This document shows, one piece after another, positions 9,204 to 20,400 of a stretch of 32,000 nucleotides of DNA. The stretch spans positions 60,001 through 92,000 of the forward strand of contig JAQTTP010000003.1 of assembly GCA_028710695.1 (NCBI GenBank), given 5' to 3'. The notes under the pieces are model-generated. The model saw only the letters and a program-made list of their open reading frames with translations, was not told the DNA's origin and did no database searches. Each line of letters begins with the position of its first letter. The stretch's first letter is position 1. A program made the position numbers and the translations under genes. Source of the stretch: Candidatus Iainarchaeum sp. (GTDB lineage: Archaea; Iainarchaeota; Iainarchaeia; Iainarchaeales; 0-14-0-20-30-16).

Positions 9204-9217
9204 GAGTCCCACCGAGG
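9204..9217 (+). repeat. 14-bp direct repeat of tRNA-Arg 3' end
   Basis: GAGTCCCACCGAGG here is identical to 9092-9105 in the T arm/acceptor of tRNA-Arg. Confidence 0.85.
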
Positions 9218-9219
9218 AT

Positions 9220-9945
9220 CTAAAGAATTTGTTCTATAATTGAACCCATTCTTTTGATTAACTCTTCTTTTATTTTCTGAGTGGTGGGATAATTATTTAT
9301 TATTTCTTCAAGTAGAGCTAGAATCCGTTTTTCTCCAAAATATTCATAATGATTGTATAAAATGCACATATAATCTTCTCTAAATGCTCTAAATATGTTT
9401 GCTGGGTCAGACCAATCAATCTGTTTTCTTTTTGCAAGAGAAAAATCAATAAAATAAACTTTTCCATCTTTGTATGTTGCATTCTGGAAATGCGGGTGTC
9501 CATGTTCTACGCCCAAAGCATGCATTTTTCCTAATTCTCTAAAAAAAGCAGGGAATATGTGTGGGTTAGATGGGTCTTCTAAGACACTTTGTGTAATACT
9601 TTTGCCCATATCCATAAAGGCCATAGGGTGGTGCCCATTTTCTGGAACCTCAAATCTAAAAGGCTCTTCAACATTTACCCCAGAATTATGTAAATATTTA
9701 ACAATATCAAGCTCGTGTTTTGAAACATTTCGAAGGTAAACTTTTTTTCCGCTTTTTGTTATAGCAACACGAGTACATTTTGCAAGTAGTTTCATATGCC
9801 GATCTCTTAATTCTGGGTTACCGTGTCTAACTGCTAGCATTGCTGATGCTTTTATAGCTGTATCTGTGGAATAAATAGATATTTCTTTTGGTTCTAGTCT
9901 TGTTACTTCTGGCCTTTCATAGGGCCGTTTTATTGGCTTTCTCAT
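9220..9945 (-). CDS. Atypical RIO/Bud32/LPS-kinase-like protein, 241 aa
   Basis: LGKMHALGVEHGHPHFQNATYKDGKVYFIDFSLAK resembles catalytic loop plus DFG-region of small kinase-fold proteins, with substitutions. Confidence 0.6.
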   Translation of the reverse strand: MRKPIKRPYERPEVTRLEPKEISIYSTDTAIKASAMLAVRHGNPELRDRHMKLLAKCTRVAITKSGKKVYLRNVSKHELDIVKYLHNSGVNVEEPFRFEVPENGHHPMAFMDMGKSITQSVLEDPSNPHIFPAFFRELGKMHALGVEHGHPHFQNATYKDGKVYFIDFSLAKRKQIDWSDPANIFRAFREDYMCILYNHYEYFGEKRILALLEEIINNYPTTQKIKEELIKRMGSIIEQIL

Positions 9946-10107
9946 AATATATAATCAGTTAAGAAAAATATATACTTTGTGGCTTTTGTGGTCACAGAAA
10001 CTCTAATTATTTTACACTTGTTTTAGAACCTTGGTTTCTGGGGGCCAAAAGATAAGCTTTTTAATACCTATAATTATATATATACAGCGATTATCTCTGG
10101 TGTTTTT

Positions 10108-13100
10108 ATGGGCTTAAGGGACTTTTATTTTGGTTTAGAAGATAAATACTATAAAATGATCGATAAACTTGATACTATTTTTCCTGCACATGCGATTGTG
10201 GATAGAATAGATAAAGTAATGCCTTCAATGATCCTGTTCTTTATTTTATTTGTAGTTATAATTGTTCTAATAATTTGGGCTGTAATTCCGTCCTATGCTC
10301 AAATAAATGTTTCTTTCTTTAATGATGGCTTGAGTTTGAAGGAAAAAATCCCTTTTAGTATGTATATTGGGGATGAAAACTACTCCTTTGTTTCTGACGG
10401 AGGGTCAGCAATAGTAAAAATACCAAAAAGTGATCTGTATAGAATAAAAGTTGATACTTCTAAGTATTCAATAGACAAAGATTACTCTTTTAGTGATGAA
10501 ATAAAAGTTTTATTAGATAAAAAGAAAAAAAATATTCCAATACAAATTTATTTTAAATCTGGATATTCTGATGTAGAATCCGCAAGCGCAATATTTGATT
10601 GTGATAATATTTCAATACCGGATTCTGAAGCAAGTAAAGAAACAAATAATGGATATATTGAGATAACTGTGCCAGAAGATTGTGGAATTTTGAATATTTC
10701 TGCAAGTGCAGAAGGTTATAATTCTAAGAATGATGTTTGTGATTCAACTTCTTGTGTAATTAATTTTGAAAGTGCTACAAGCGTTAGTGATAATGGAAAA
10801 ACAAATATTCCGACTGCAAATATAGTTGTAAAAATTGCAGATAATTTGGGCTCAAAAGATGGACAGGTAACTATTTATGATTCTTCTGATTTGATAAACC
10901 CTGTTGAAACAGGATATTCTTTAAACGGGTATTATAACTCTAAAGCTTTGGCTGTTGGGGGCTATAAAGTTGCTGTTAATGTTGGAACTTATTTGCCACA
11001 AACAAAAACAATAGTTTTGACTGAAGCAGGAATGAATGTTGATTTCATGGTTATGAAAAACACATTAGGAAATGTATTATTAAAAGTTGATGAAGAAACA
11101 GAATTTTCATATAAGTTGAAAGATTTAAATAATAATATATTGGATTCTGGAAATAGTGACAAAGAAGTTGCATTCCTTCCTGTATTTGAGTACGGAAAAT
11201 ACCTGATTGATTTGACTCCAGATAGTAATGAATTTGGAGTAATCTCAAATGAGCAAGTTGAATTTAAAGAAGGCACTTCAGAAATTACCTTGGATTTGAA
11301 AGAGATAACTTCTTTTAACGCTGTTTTAGTTAAATTGCATGTAATTGATGAATCAGAATCTCCAATACAAGGCGCAAAAGCATTTGTGCAAGATTTGTTT
11401 AGCGGATTTGAAGTGTTTAGTTATAACTTCCCAGAAACTGATGAAAATGGAGACACTCAACTTCCCATTACTGAAGAAGGGGCTTACTCTTTTAGAGTTT
11501 ACAAAGGTTATTCAGAAGGAATGAGCGAGCAAGTAACAATTACTTTTGAGCCAGGAACTGAAATGCCAGAAGAAGAGTTGGATGTTGTAATTTATTTGGG
11601 AAATGGAAGTTTTAATATAACTGTTTTGGATGAATTAGATTATGTTGTGCCATTTGCACAAATTGATTTTTATACAAAAGGACTGACAAAAAAATCAGGA
11701 ACAAAATTAACTGATAATGCTGGAAAATTATTATTTTCATTAAAAGCAGGAACAGAAAAATTCTTTGTGGCATCTAAAGAAGGCTATATGCCATTCTATA
11801 GTGAAGCAAGGTTTTTAACTCCTGCAAATATTTGGGATATAAATGCAAATTTAGAACCACAAAAACTAAAAGAGGATGATGAAAAAGCAAGAGTTGAATA
11901 CTTGGGTGTATTTGATGCTCTTGGCGGAGAACCAACTAATTTCGAAGTTGATAAAGCAGTATATTTGGGTTATGATATCCACCTTTACACTGATGTGGAT
12001 GAAATGAACTTCGAATATACTACTGGAAAAGAAACAACAACTGTAGAACAAGATTCTTTATTTATTTTTGATAGTAGTTCTTCATCACAAGTGGATTCAA
12101 TGTATGAAGATCTGGAAAAAACAATTTACACTGAGGATAAAGGAAAAATATTAACTGCAAAATGGACTACTGGATTGGATTCTGCAAAAGTGGAAAAAGG
12201 AATTTATAGGATCTATGTGAAAGTAATGGTTAGAAATGATAGCTCAGTATCTTTGTACGAACCATTGAATATAAAATGGAAATTATATTTGGATGAAAAG
12301 TTAAATTCAAGCGAAGAAAAAGAATATTTCTTAGGAAGTAGTTTGGATTGTAGTGATATGTTTTGTGCAAAAACATCTTTATTGGACATTGAAAACCAAA
12401 TCTATGTTGAAAATATTGGAAATGTAAATAAAAATGAACAAAAATATCCTTTAGTAATTGGAAAGAAGTATAAAACTGAATTCACCTTAATGAACGGAAT
12501 AACTGCAAGCGATGGAGAAATTGAAAATGGATACTTGAAAGCACACACAGCAACAAGTTCAGATACAAGTTTCATGGCTGTTGAAAATGATGTTGATAAA
12601 TATAATTTCTATCAATTTTCAAATATATCTTTGAGTGGACCAAACAGCGAGAGCCAATATTATGGCGCCGCAAAAACAATTTTAGTAGATAAATATAATT
12701 TCACAAAATTCTTTGCAAATAAAACAATTTCTGGAAGCTTTAATTTAATTCCAACTTATGATAATGGGAATTACATTAACTTTTGGGTTATAGATTCTGA
12801 TAAACAAGTTCCAGTAAGGGGGGCTCCAGCATTTAATTATTGGTTTGTGCCTGATGCACCACACTCTCTGAGCATAAAACTATTCCCTAATACTTTGTTA
12901 GTGCCAAATAAAGTTCAGAATTTGAAAGTGTATGTTTATGATGAACTTGAAAGTGTTGTAAAAGACGCAAAAGTAGTTGTATTAAAGAAAGCACCTAATG
13001 ACTCAGTATACAAAACTGTGCAAGGTTGTAATAACTTAACAACTGATTATGAGGGCAAAGTAGTTTGTGAACTTCCGCCTTTTGAACCTAATACCTTTAT

Positions 13101-16100
13101 ACAAGTGTTGGCTTACAAAGAAGGATACAAGAGCTACAAGCATAATGATTTATTGCCTGATTTGAAAGTTGTGGAAGAAATAATTTCTTTTAATCCTGCG
13201 AAATTGGATATTACAATTTCATATCCTAAAGAAAAAGCAGTGGTTGCAGATTTGACAATTGCAAATGCAAGTGCACAGGATTTAATAATAAACAATATTG
13301 ATTTGCAATTTGATAAATATTCTGAAAATTCTAAATTCCTTTTGAACTGGGAAGCAATGGAAGCTTACTTTGAGTCAGAATATAAAGGAAAAGTTATTTA
13401 TGGAATTGAAGAAGATAAAGGAGTAAATGAAACAATTTTGCAAAACTTCTTTAAGGTAATAGCAAATGACACTTTTGATAAGAGTGTATATGCTGATAAA
13501 ATTGGCGGAATAATAAAAGTAACTTTGGATACAAGTCCAGGAACTGTAACTTTGGATATTCCTTTTTCAATAAAATTCAAATTAGATTCTTATCCTGAAA
13601 ATGCAGGAGAGTGTTTGAAGATTTCAATGCTAGAAAAAGATTTCTATATTGAAAAAGCAACAAACACAGAAATCGAAATGATAAATACTTGTTTGTTAGA
13701 TTCTGAAAAATTAACTCCTGCAATATTTGATAAATTATTTTTGTTGCTAACTTTAGAAGATGGAAGTTATAGTATTGTGAATTATAGTTTAACAATACCT
13801 GACAAAGTTTCAAAGAATGTTGATATCGGAGTTCCTGCTTTACTTCTTGAAAATCTGAAAACAGATGTAACAAAACCAGATATGACTGGGTTCTTGGGAA
13901 TGACTCCTAAGTCAGTAAAAGGAAACCAAAAAATTGGAATTAAATTAATGGGTTATGTGACAACGGAATCTGGCCCAGCAAAACTTGAATCTAATACAAT
14001 ATCAATTAATGTAAATACTGTTGAGTTAGCAAATTGTATTGGGGTTTACAATGACAACGGCGAAAAAATAGACAGAATAGATTTTGGTGTGTTTAGTAGT
14101 ATAGAATATTTGGCGACAGCAGAATCAATAAATAATAAAGTTCATGGTCCATCAACAGAAATAGAAATAAAGAACGAATGTTCTGGATCTTTGTTGTATA
14201 TAAGAGCATGTAAAGATAATGAAAATAATTTTAGTCCGGGTTGTGGAAATGAAAACAGCGATGCAAAACTTTCATTCTCTGTTGAAGACTTCACAAAAGG
14301 AATTGAATTGGCTGGTGGCGCAAGCCAAAAAGTAGAGATTTATAGGCCATCAATACCTGGTGCATATGCTTTAGATCTGTGGGTAAAAACAAAAGACCAA
14401 TGGGGCTATAAAAAGATTTATGATGTTAAAACAAATGTAAAAACAACAACCGCATTTGGATACTTTAGTTATAATCCATTCTTGCCTATGTTTGATCTGA
14501 ATACTGATATTACTCCTATGACAAATGGAGACGAATTTGAGTCAGATATAATGTACCTGTTCAATAGAGATTTATGGGTTTCAAAGATGAGTGATTTAGA
14601 GACTCTAGAAAAAATAGCAGAATGTGATACTGGCGGCTCTGGATGTTGGAATTCTTTAGATAGATTAGATCTGAGCTCTGGACTTGGTGACGATGGAGAT
14701 AGTGTAGACAATTCAGAAACTGCGAGAAAAGCAGTATTCTATAGTGGAGTGGGAGTTGCAGGTGTTGGAGTTATTATTTTGATTGGTGTTGCTCTGTGTG
14801 CATCTTCTGTGCCAGTAGCCGGTTGGATTATTGGTGGTGCCGCGGCCATTGCTGCAGGGACATTTGCAATAATTTCTGCATTGGCTCCGGATGACTTTGA
14901 ACAAATAACAGAATATCACTTGTTTGATATGGTTGGGGAAGATATTGCTCTTGATGCTGTGATTTATAGTCAAACTGATAAGAAAACTTATAATTGGCTG
15001 GATGGTACTTCAATGGATCCCGTAAAGTTGACGAGCTTGTTTGGAGAGCGGTATTATGATCTGTATTATGTTAATAAAGAAGTTGCTGGGTCTGTAGGAT
15101 TTGCAGGCGGAGACCACAAGAAAGATTTGTGGTTTACTGTGTATTGTGGAACTGAATATGAGCCAGTTGTAGATGCAATTGTAATAAACGACATAAAAAA
15201 AGAAGTTTGTGGCTGGCCTGAAGATGAACCTTTTGTTGTGAATGGTTCTGATGTTGAATTTAGACCAGATTGTTCTGATGCAGGATTCTTGGACGGATTT
15301 GAACTACATTCACATGTTTATGTTCCTTGTGTTCTAAAACCAAAGAACTGGGTATATGAACAATTCAAAGGTGTAGATTATGGTTTGCCAAATACTGGTT
15401 TGGCAAGAGTAAAATATACTACAAAAGATTTGAAGCCAGGATATAATTACTTTGATGTTGATATGAATGTTATTGGGCTTTTGGATATAGATCCAAAAGA
15501 AGTAAAGTTTAGAGTTTCTTTGTACAACCCTTTATCTGAAGAAGAAAAAATTCTTCCTCTTGGAGACTCTTGTAAGAATCTAAGTGGAGAGATTATTGGT
15601 TATACTGGTGAAAAAGCAAGGCCAAAACTAAAGTTTGTATGGGATTGGCAATCACAGGGGTCTGTTTTGAGCCCATATGAAGATATGAACTTTTGTAATA
15701 CAGATAACTATTGTGACTCAACTCAATTCATGATGAATATGTTCAATAGAATAAATACATTTAATGATGAAATTTTGGATTTGAGTAAGAGCAATGATAT
15801 GGATTTGCCGAAAACAAATCCTCAACCAGAAACACTTAAACCAGAGTATGACTACGATCCTGCAAAAGCAGAATCTCTTGGAGTTAAGTCTGTAAAACTA
15901 GAATTTACTAATTCAAACCTTTTGTATTTGAAAGTATCAAAAGATGTTGATGTAAATGTAAGTAAAATAAGTGTAATAGTTGGTGGGGCAGATGGGTCTT
16001 CTGGAGATATGGCTGTATCTTCTCAAAATCCAAATGTGTTTACTTATACCATATCTGATCAACCAGTTGAAGAATACAAAGATTTAGATGGAAAGAAGTA

Positions 16101-17346
16101 TTCAATCATTTTGAAAATATATTCCGGAAATGAATCCGGGTTGTTGCCTGTGAATGTAACGTTAACATATATTCCAGAAGTACCTGCAAAGCCAATAAAC
16201 GTACCTTTGTCAACAGAAATAATGGATGGTGCAATGGCTTTATCTAAATGGTTCTGGGATACTAATATGAACTTAGATGATGCTACATCTGACACTTTGT
16301 TTGATGCACAAAAGAAGATATATTTCTTGGCAAACATAATGAAAGATGGATTTACAGAAGACTTCTTTAATGACTTTGTAAATTCATGTAATAGTGAATT
16401 CTTTGTGTGTCCAAGTGAAGTAAAAGATAGTTTTATGGCTCTTATGGAAGAAGGGCGTTTGAAAGTAGTTAATGTAGATGGCACAAACAAATTAAATGGC
16501 CCCGGAAAGTATGTTGTAAGAACTATAATTGATTATAAGAATACAGACCTAGAAATTAAAGATGCAAATATAATAATAATTTTAGAGAAAGTTGAGCCAC
16601 CAATACAAGATAATATTTTGTATTATATGCCTCTGGATGGTCCTATTGGAATAAGTGATTATAGTGTTGATAGACAAGGCTATGGTGTTGACTTCTCTGG
16701 AGCAACAATTGACCTTTTTAAGCTTGGAAATTTAGCAAAGAAATTGACAGTAAACACAACATCTAATCCAATAAATACTGTGAATGTAGAATCAAATTAT
16801 GATTTTGCTTCTGCTAACAAAATTGCAAGAGGCAGAGTTTTAGGAATAAATACTTTGGGCGACCAACAAGTGTTTGTGAACTTTGTTCCAATGAATCAAA
16901 CAAAGTTTAACTTTGAACTAACTCCAGAAACAGATAAAGATACAAAATTCTGTTATGAAGTAGAACTTGATGACCAGATAATGAAAGGTCCAGATTCCTT
17001 GCTGCCGTTCTTTGCAAAAGATCCTGAAGCAAAAGATTTCACAGGACAAATGATGGTAGATAACTACCCTAAATTTGCAGAGGCAGGAGTTTGTGGAGAT
17101 CAAGCTGGATTGAAGTATAGCTTAGAATCAGTAATGAGTTCTGATCCAATAGGTCTTTACACTTATGTGTATGCTTTGAATAACACAAATGTAAAAGTGA
17201 CCAATAGTAGTTATGACAATACAGAAAGTTTGTCTGGAAAAACATTAAGTAGTGTATTTGATGATATTGCTGCAGGAAGGCTGTGTATAAATTCCACAAG
17301 CCAGACAATGGATGTATTTTGGAATGAATATGCTCAACAAAATTAA
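10108..17346 (+). CDS. Giant single-pass membrane-anchored surface protein, paralog 2 (2412 aa)
   Basis: MGLRDFYFGLEDKYYKMIDKLD..VDRIDKVMPS plus TM helix; Ig-like modules; central hydrophobic segment; C-terminal module shares IMKDGFTEDF, YYMPLDGPIG and RQGYGVDFSG with giant 1. Confidence 0.93.
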   Translation: MGLRDFYFGLEDKYYKMIDKLDTIFPAHAIVDRIDKVMPSMILFFILFVVIIVLIIWAVIPSYAQINVSFFNDGLSLKEKIPFSMYIGDENYSFVSDGGSAIVKIPKSDLYRIKVDTSKYSIDKDYSFSDEIKVLLDKKKKNIPIQIYFKSGYSDVESASAIFDCDNISIPDSEASKETNNGYIEITVPEDCGILNISASAEGYNSKNDVCDSTSCVINFESATSVSDNGKTNIPTANIVVKIADNLGSKDGQVTIYDSSDLINPVETGYSLNGYYNSKALAVGGYKVAVNVGTYLPQTKTIVLTEAGMNVDFMVMKNTLGNVLLKVDEETEFSYKLKDLNNNILDSGNSDKEVAFLPVFEYGKYLIDLTPDSNEFGVISNEQVEFKEGTSEITLDLKEITSFNAVLVKLHVIDESESPIQGAKAFVQDLFSGFEVFSYNFPETDENGDTQLPITEEGAYSFRVYKGYSEGMSEQVTITFEPGTEMPEEELDVVIYLGNGSFNITVLDELDYVVPFAQIDFYTKGLTKKSGTKLTDNAGKLLFSLKAGTEKFFVASKEGYMPFYSEARFLTPANIWDINANLEPQKLKEDDEKARVEYLGVFDALGGEPTNFEVDKAVYLGYDIHLYTDVDEMNFEYTTGKETTTVEQDSLFIFDSSSSSQVDSMYEDLEKTIYTEDKGKILTAKWTTGLDSAKVEKGIYRIYVKVMVRNDSSVSLYEPLNIKWKLYLDEKLNSSEEKEYFLGSSLDCSDMFCAKTSLLDIENQIYVENIGNVNKNEQKYPLVIGKKYKTEFTLMNGITASDGEIENGYLKAHTATSSDTSFMAVENDVDKYNFYQFSNISLSGPNSESQYYGAAKTILVDKYNFTKFFANKTISGSFNLIPTYDNGNYINFWVIDSDKQVPVRGAPAFNYWFVPDAPHSLSIKLFPNTLLVPNKVQNLKVYVYDELESVVKDAKVVVLKKAPNDSVYKTVQGCNNLTTDYEGKVVCELPPFEPNTFIQVLAYKEGYKSYKHNDLLPDLKVVEEIISFNPAKLDITISYPKEKAVVADLTIANASAQDLIINNIDLQFDKYSENSKFLLNWEAMEAYFESEYKGKVIYGIEEDKGVNETILQNFFKVIANDTFDKSVYADKIGGIIKVTLDTSPGTVTLDIPFSIKFKLDSYPENAGECLKISMLEKDFYIEKATNTEIEMINTCLLDSEKLTPAIFDKLFLLLTLEDGSYSIVNYSLTIPDKVSKNVDIGVPALLLENLKTDVTKPDMTGFLGMTPKSVKGNQKIGIKLMGYVTTESGPAKLESNTISINVNTVELANCIGVYNDNGEKIDRIDFGVFSSIEYLATAESINNKVHGPSTEIEIKNECSGSLLYIRACKDNENNFSPGCGNENSDAKLSFSVEDFTKGIELAGGASQKVEIYRPSIPGAYALDLWVKTKDQWGYKKIYDVKTNVKTTTAFGYFSYNPFLPMFDLNTDITPMTNGDEFESDIMYLFNRDLWVSKMSDLETLEKIAECDTGGSGCWNSLDRLDLSSGLGDDGDSVDNSETARKAVFYSGVGVAGVGVIILIGVALCASSVPVAGWIIGGAAAIAAGTFAIISALAPDDFEQITEYHLFDMVGEDIALDAVIYSQTDKKTYNWLDGTSMDPVKLTSLFGERYYDLYYVNKEVAGSVGFAGGDHKKDLWFTVYCGTEYEPVVDAIVINDIKKEVCGWPEDEPFVVNGSDVEFRPDCSDAGFLDGFELHSHVYVPCVLKPKNWVYEQFKGVDYGLPNTGLARVKYTTKDLKPGYNYFDVDMNVIGLLDIDPKEVKFRVSLYNPLSEEEKILPLGDSCKNLSGEIIGYTGEKARPKLKFVWDWQSQGSVLSPYEDMNFCNTDNYCDSTQFMMNMFNRINTFNDEILDLSKSNDMDLPKTNPQPETLKPEYDYDPAKAESLGVKSVKLEFTNSNLLYLKVSKDVDVNVSKISVIVGGADGSSGDMAVSSQNPNVFTYTISDQPVEEYKDLDGKKYSIILKIYSGNESGLLPVNVTLTYIPEVPAKPINVPLSTEIMDGAMALSKWFWDTNMNLDDATSDTLFDAQKKIYFLANIMKDGFTEDFFNDFVNSCNSEFFVCPSEVKDSFMALMEEGRLKVVNVDGTNKLNGPGKYVVRTIIDYKNTDLEIKDANIIIILEKVEPPIQDNILYYMPLDGPIGISDYSVDRQGYGVDFSGATIDLFKLGNLAKKLTVNTTSNPINTVNVESNYDFASANKIARGRVLGINTLGDQQVFVNFVPMNQTKFNFELTPETDKDTKFCYEVELDDQIMKGPDSLLPFFAKDPEAKDFTGQMMVDNYPKFAEAGVCGDQAGLKYSLESVMSSDPIGLYTYVYALNNTNVKVTNSSYDNTESLSGKTLSSVFDDIAAGRLCINSTSQTMDVFWNEYAQQN
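14729..14895 (+). other. Central hydrophobic Gly/Ala-rich segment(s) in giant 2
   Basis: AVFYSGVGVAGVGVIILIGVALCASSVPVAGWIIGGAAAIAAGTFAIISALAPDD. Confidence 0.8.
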
Positions 17347-17497
17347 TAAAAAAGTAAGTAGGTAAAGAACAGCATTAGTTAGGTTAAAAAAATGCTAAAA
17401 AAAGGTCAACGGTTAGTACAGAAAGGAGACAAAAAACACCTCTTAAGATGGTGTACAAAATTTGGCTCCTATAAGAATTATAATTATTGGTGATTGT

Positions 17498-20400
17498 ATG
17501 AGTTTTAGAGAGCTATATACGAAAATAGAAGATAAATATTATGCGATGTTGGATAAGATAAATCAAGTTATACCTATCCACAAGCTTACTGACCAAATTG
17601 ACAAGGTAATGCCCTCGATGATATTCTTTTCTGTATTCTTTTTAGTGATAATTGGACTTATTATTTGGCTAATAGTTGCTAGTGTTGGATCTTCAACAAT
17701 CACTTTTGAATTTTATTCTAATGGAACACTTGCATCCGGAGAATTTAATGTAACTTTCTCTTCCGAAGGTGGAGAACAAATTGCTCTTGTGAAGAATGGA
17801 ATTGCCTTTGGAAATTATGATATGGGGGATTTTGTAACTGTGAAAATAAAAGAGCCTTATACTTTTTCAAAAACTTATGAAATTAAAAGCGAATTAATGA
17901 AAATTGACTTGCCAGGATTAGACAAACTTGCTTTGAAGGAAGCAGAAAAAAAGAATAAAGAAATTTCTATTTATTTGTATGATGGCACATCTGGGTCTCT
18001 AGTTAAAGAAAAAGCGATTGTTAGCGCAAGTTGTGAGGATTTTAGTAAAGAAATAGAAGTAACTGGAAACACAAAACTTGCAATTCCTGATAATTGTTCT
18101 TATGTTGATTTGTTAGCAACTGCTGACGGATATTTACAATCTAAAAAAAGTTGTGATACCGCTTTGTGTAAAATATTTATGGACAAAAAAGGAACAACTA
18201 CTCCAACAACTGTTGTTCAATCAATTCCAAAAAATAAAGTTGTTGTGTATGTAAAAGATAATAAAGGAACTTCTCTGGAAGGGTTTGATGTAAAAATTAC
18301 TGGGGTTGAATCAATACAAGATGTTTTGAACCAAGCAAAAACAAATGCTTTTGGAAGTTACACTTTTGAAGATATTACTGTTGGAAATTATAAATTGTAT
18401 GTGTCTGATCCTTCTGGAACTTTGACTACTGTAAGCAAAGATTTAATTGTTGTATCTGGGCCTCCAGTTATTGCAGATATTACTATGGAAAAGCCGCCTT
18501 TGGGATATTTTAATGTAAAAGTGAATACTGAGAATACAGGTGGATTTGCATTAGCTACTTTGTATGTGAAAGATGTAAATGATAATTATCTTGGAACTGT
18601 GGACATAAATACTGGTGTAGAATACAAGATAGGTGTTTATGAAAAAGGAAAATATATTTTTAATGTAATTCCTGTAACTGGTTATGATGAAAATTATTCA
18701 ATTGTTACTGAAGAAAGAGAATACGATTTGCAAAGCGGAGATAAAAAAGTTGATTTAGTTTTGAAAGAATTAAAATATTATGAAAATACAAAAGTTAATT
18801 TGAAAGTTGTAAAAGAAAAAGATGATGGGTCTGAGGAACCATTGCCAAATATGAAAATAATAGTTGAAAATGACGAAGGCTGGCAAATAGAATTGCCTGC
18901 TGACAAAACAAAAACAGATGTAAATGGTTCTGTGAGTTTTATTTTGCCATCTGGAGTTTACATAGTTCATGCTTATAATTATTATTTTACTGGAGAAACA
19001 AATTTACAATTATTGGACACTCCTGGTGCAACAGAATTGCCTGAAACAGATGCAAAGATTGCTGTTCAGATTGGAAAAGCAAAAATAAAAGTTTCTGTTA
19101 AAGACGAAGATGGAAAGGATTTGACAGATGTGAAAGTAGATATCTATATGGATTCCAATTTTTTTGGACCAATGTTTATAAGTCAAGAAAAATACAAAGA
19201 GGTTCAGGTTGAGGCATATCATAGTTATTATGTAAAGGTAACAAAAGAAGGATATTTGAATTATTATAGTCCAGAGTTGGTTTTGAAGAAAGACCAATTA
19301 ATGGATGAGAAAGTAATTTTGTATAATAAATTAGAACACTTAAACTCAGATCCTGAAATGATTTATGTTGGGGCATATAAAGATCAAGAATTAAAAACAA
19401 AGCTTGATAAAATAGATCAAGAGAATGAGTTTTATTATGTGTTTGATTTAGTTGTTCCAGAATTTAGTGAAAAATTGTATGAAATTTCTGGGGTTAAAGT
19501 AACTGGTGTTGCAGGAAACAAAAATTTGCCAGTTTTAGAAAGCGATTTAGTTTTAAAGAACGTATTTGCGTCTGGAAAAACACATTTATTTAGTACAATA
19601 ACTGGAACTTCTTTAGCAGAACAAGGTGAAGATTTTACTTATACTGCAAAATCTTTTACAAGCGAGTTTAATGGGGGCTCTTATGTTGCAAGAATGGTTG
19701 TGCATTTGAGATCTACTGATATTCCTCAAATAGGGGATAAATTATTCTTTTATTATAAATTAGATATAGATACTAAACAAAATGGCTCTTTTAATTTGCC
19801 AATACCAACTGACGCAGAATATTATGAATTAATTAAGTTCTTGGGAAAACGAGAACTTTGTGAAAATGAAGTTGTTTGTGTTGATACTTACTTAGATGGA
19901 ATGGCAACAAGTAGTTTGCCTGGCGGAAGCGAAAATAAAGTGGAATTATATTCTGGAAAGCAGAATAATATTCTTGTAAATCTTACAAAGGGTGATGAAC
20001 TTCCAACTGAACTTGAAGCAAGTAAGTTTACAGTATTCAATTCTACAATTTCTTCTGTAGAGAACTTTAATTCTTTGAAAGACTTCTATGTTGATTTGGA
20101 AGATATGAGTTTAGTGCACGACAAAATAACATCTACAAAGCCAATAGAAATTGACTCACAAACAGCACCGGTATTTGTAAAAGAAGCATCAATAAATAAT
20201 TATAAAATTAATACTACTTTGAAGTTTGATTCAAAAATTGAATTGGTGGAACCAGAGAATTCAAAACTTTATTTTAATTTTGATACTACTAATGAAGTTG
20301 AGCAAGTATATGTTGATTTAGAAACAATGAACGATGACGAACCATTAAAGTTAGAAGGGCTGCCAGAAGGAGATCTTTTGATTCCTGGAATTGAAAACTC

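Noticed and set aside
9035-9217. Active integrated mobile element at tRNA-Arg
   Set aside because: Only about 100 bp lies between the tRNA end and the 14-bp repeat, and no integrase or transposase was recognised in the window; kept only as a possible scar.
9470-9739. 89-aa + strand ORF in the track
   Set aside because: Fully antisense to the kinase-like gene, with no recognisable domain or initiation signal; treated as a shadow ORF.
13577-13873. 98-aa minus ORF and the many other 60-100 aa minus ORFs inside the giants
   Set aside because: Antisense to strongly supported coding sequence, with biased low-complexity (L/F/S/Q-rich) translations typical of the complement of AT-rich genes.
16059-16490. 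143-aa minus ORF, the longest antisense ORF in the giants
   Set aside because: Lies entirely opposite the conserved C-terminal module of giant 2; Phe/Ser-rich composition with no motif.
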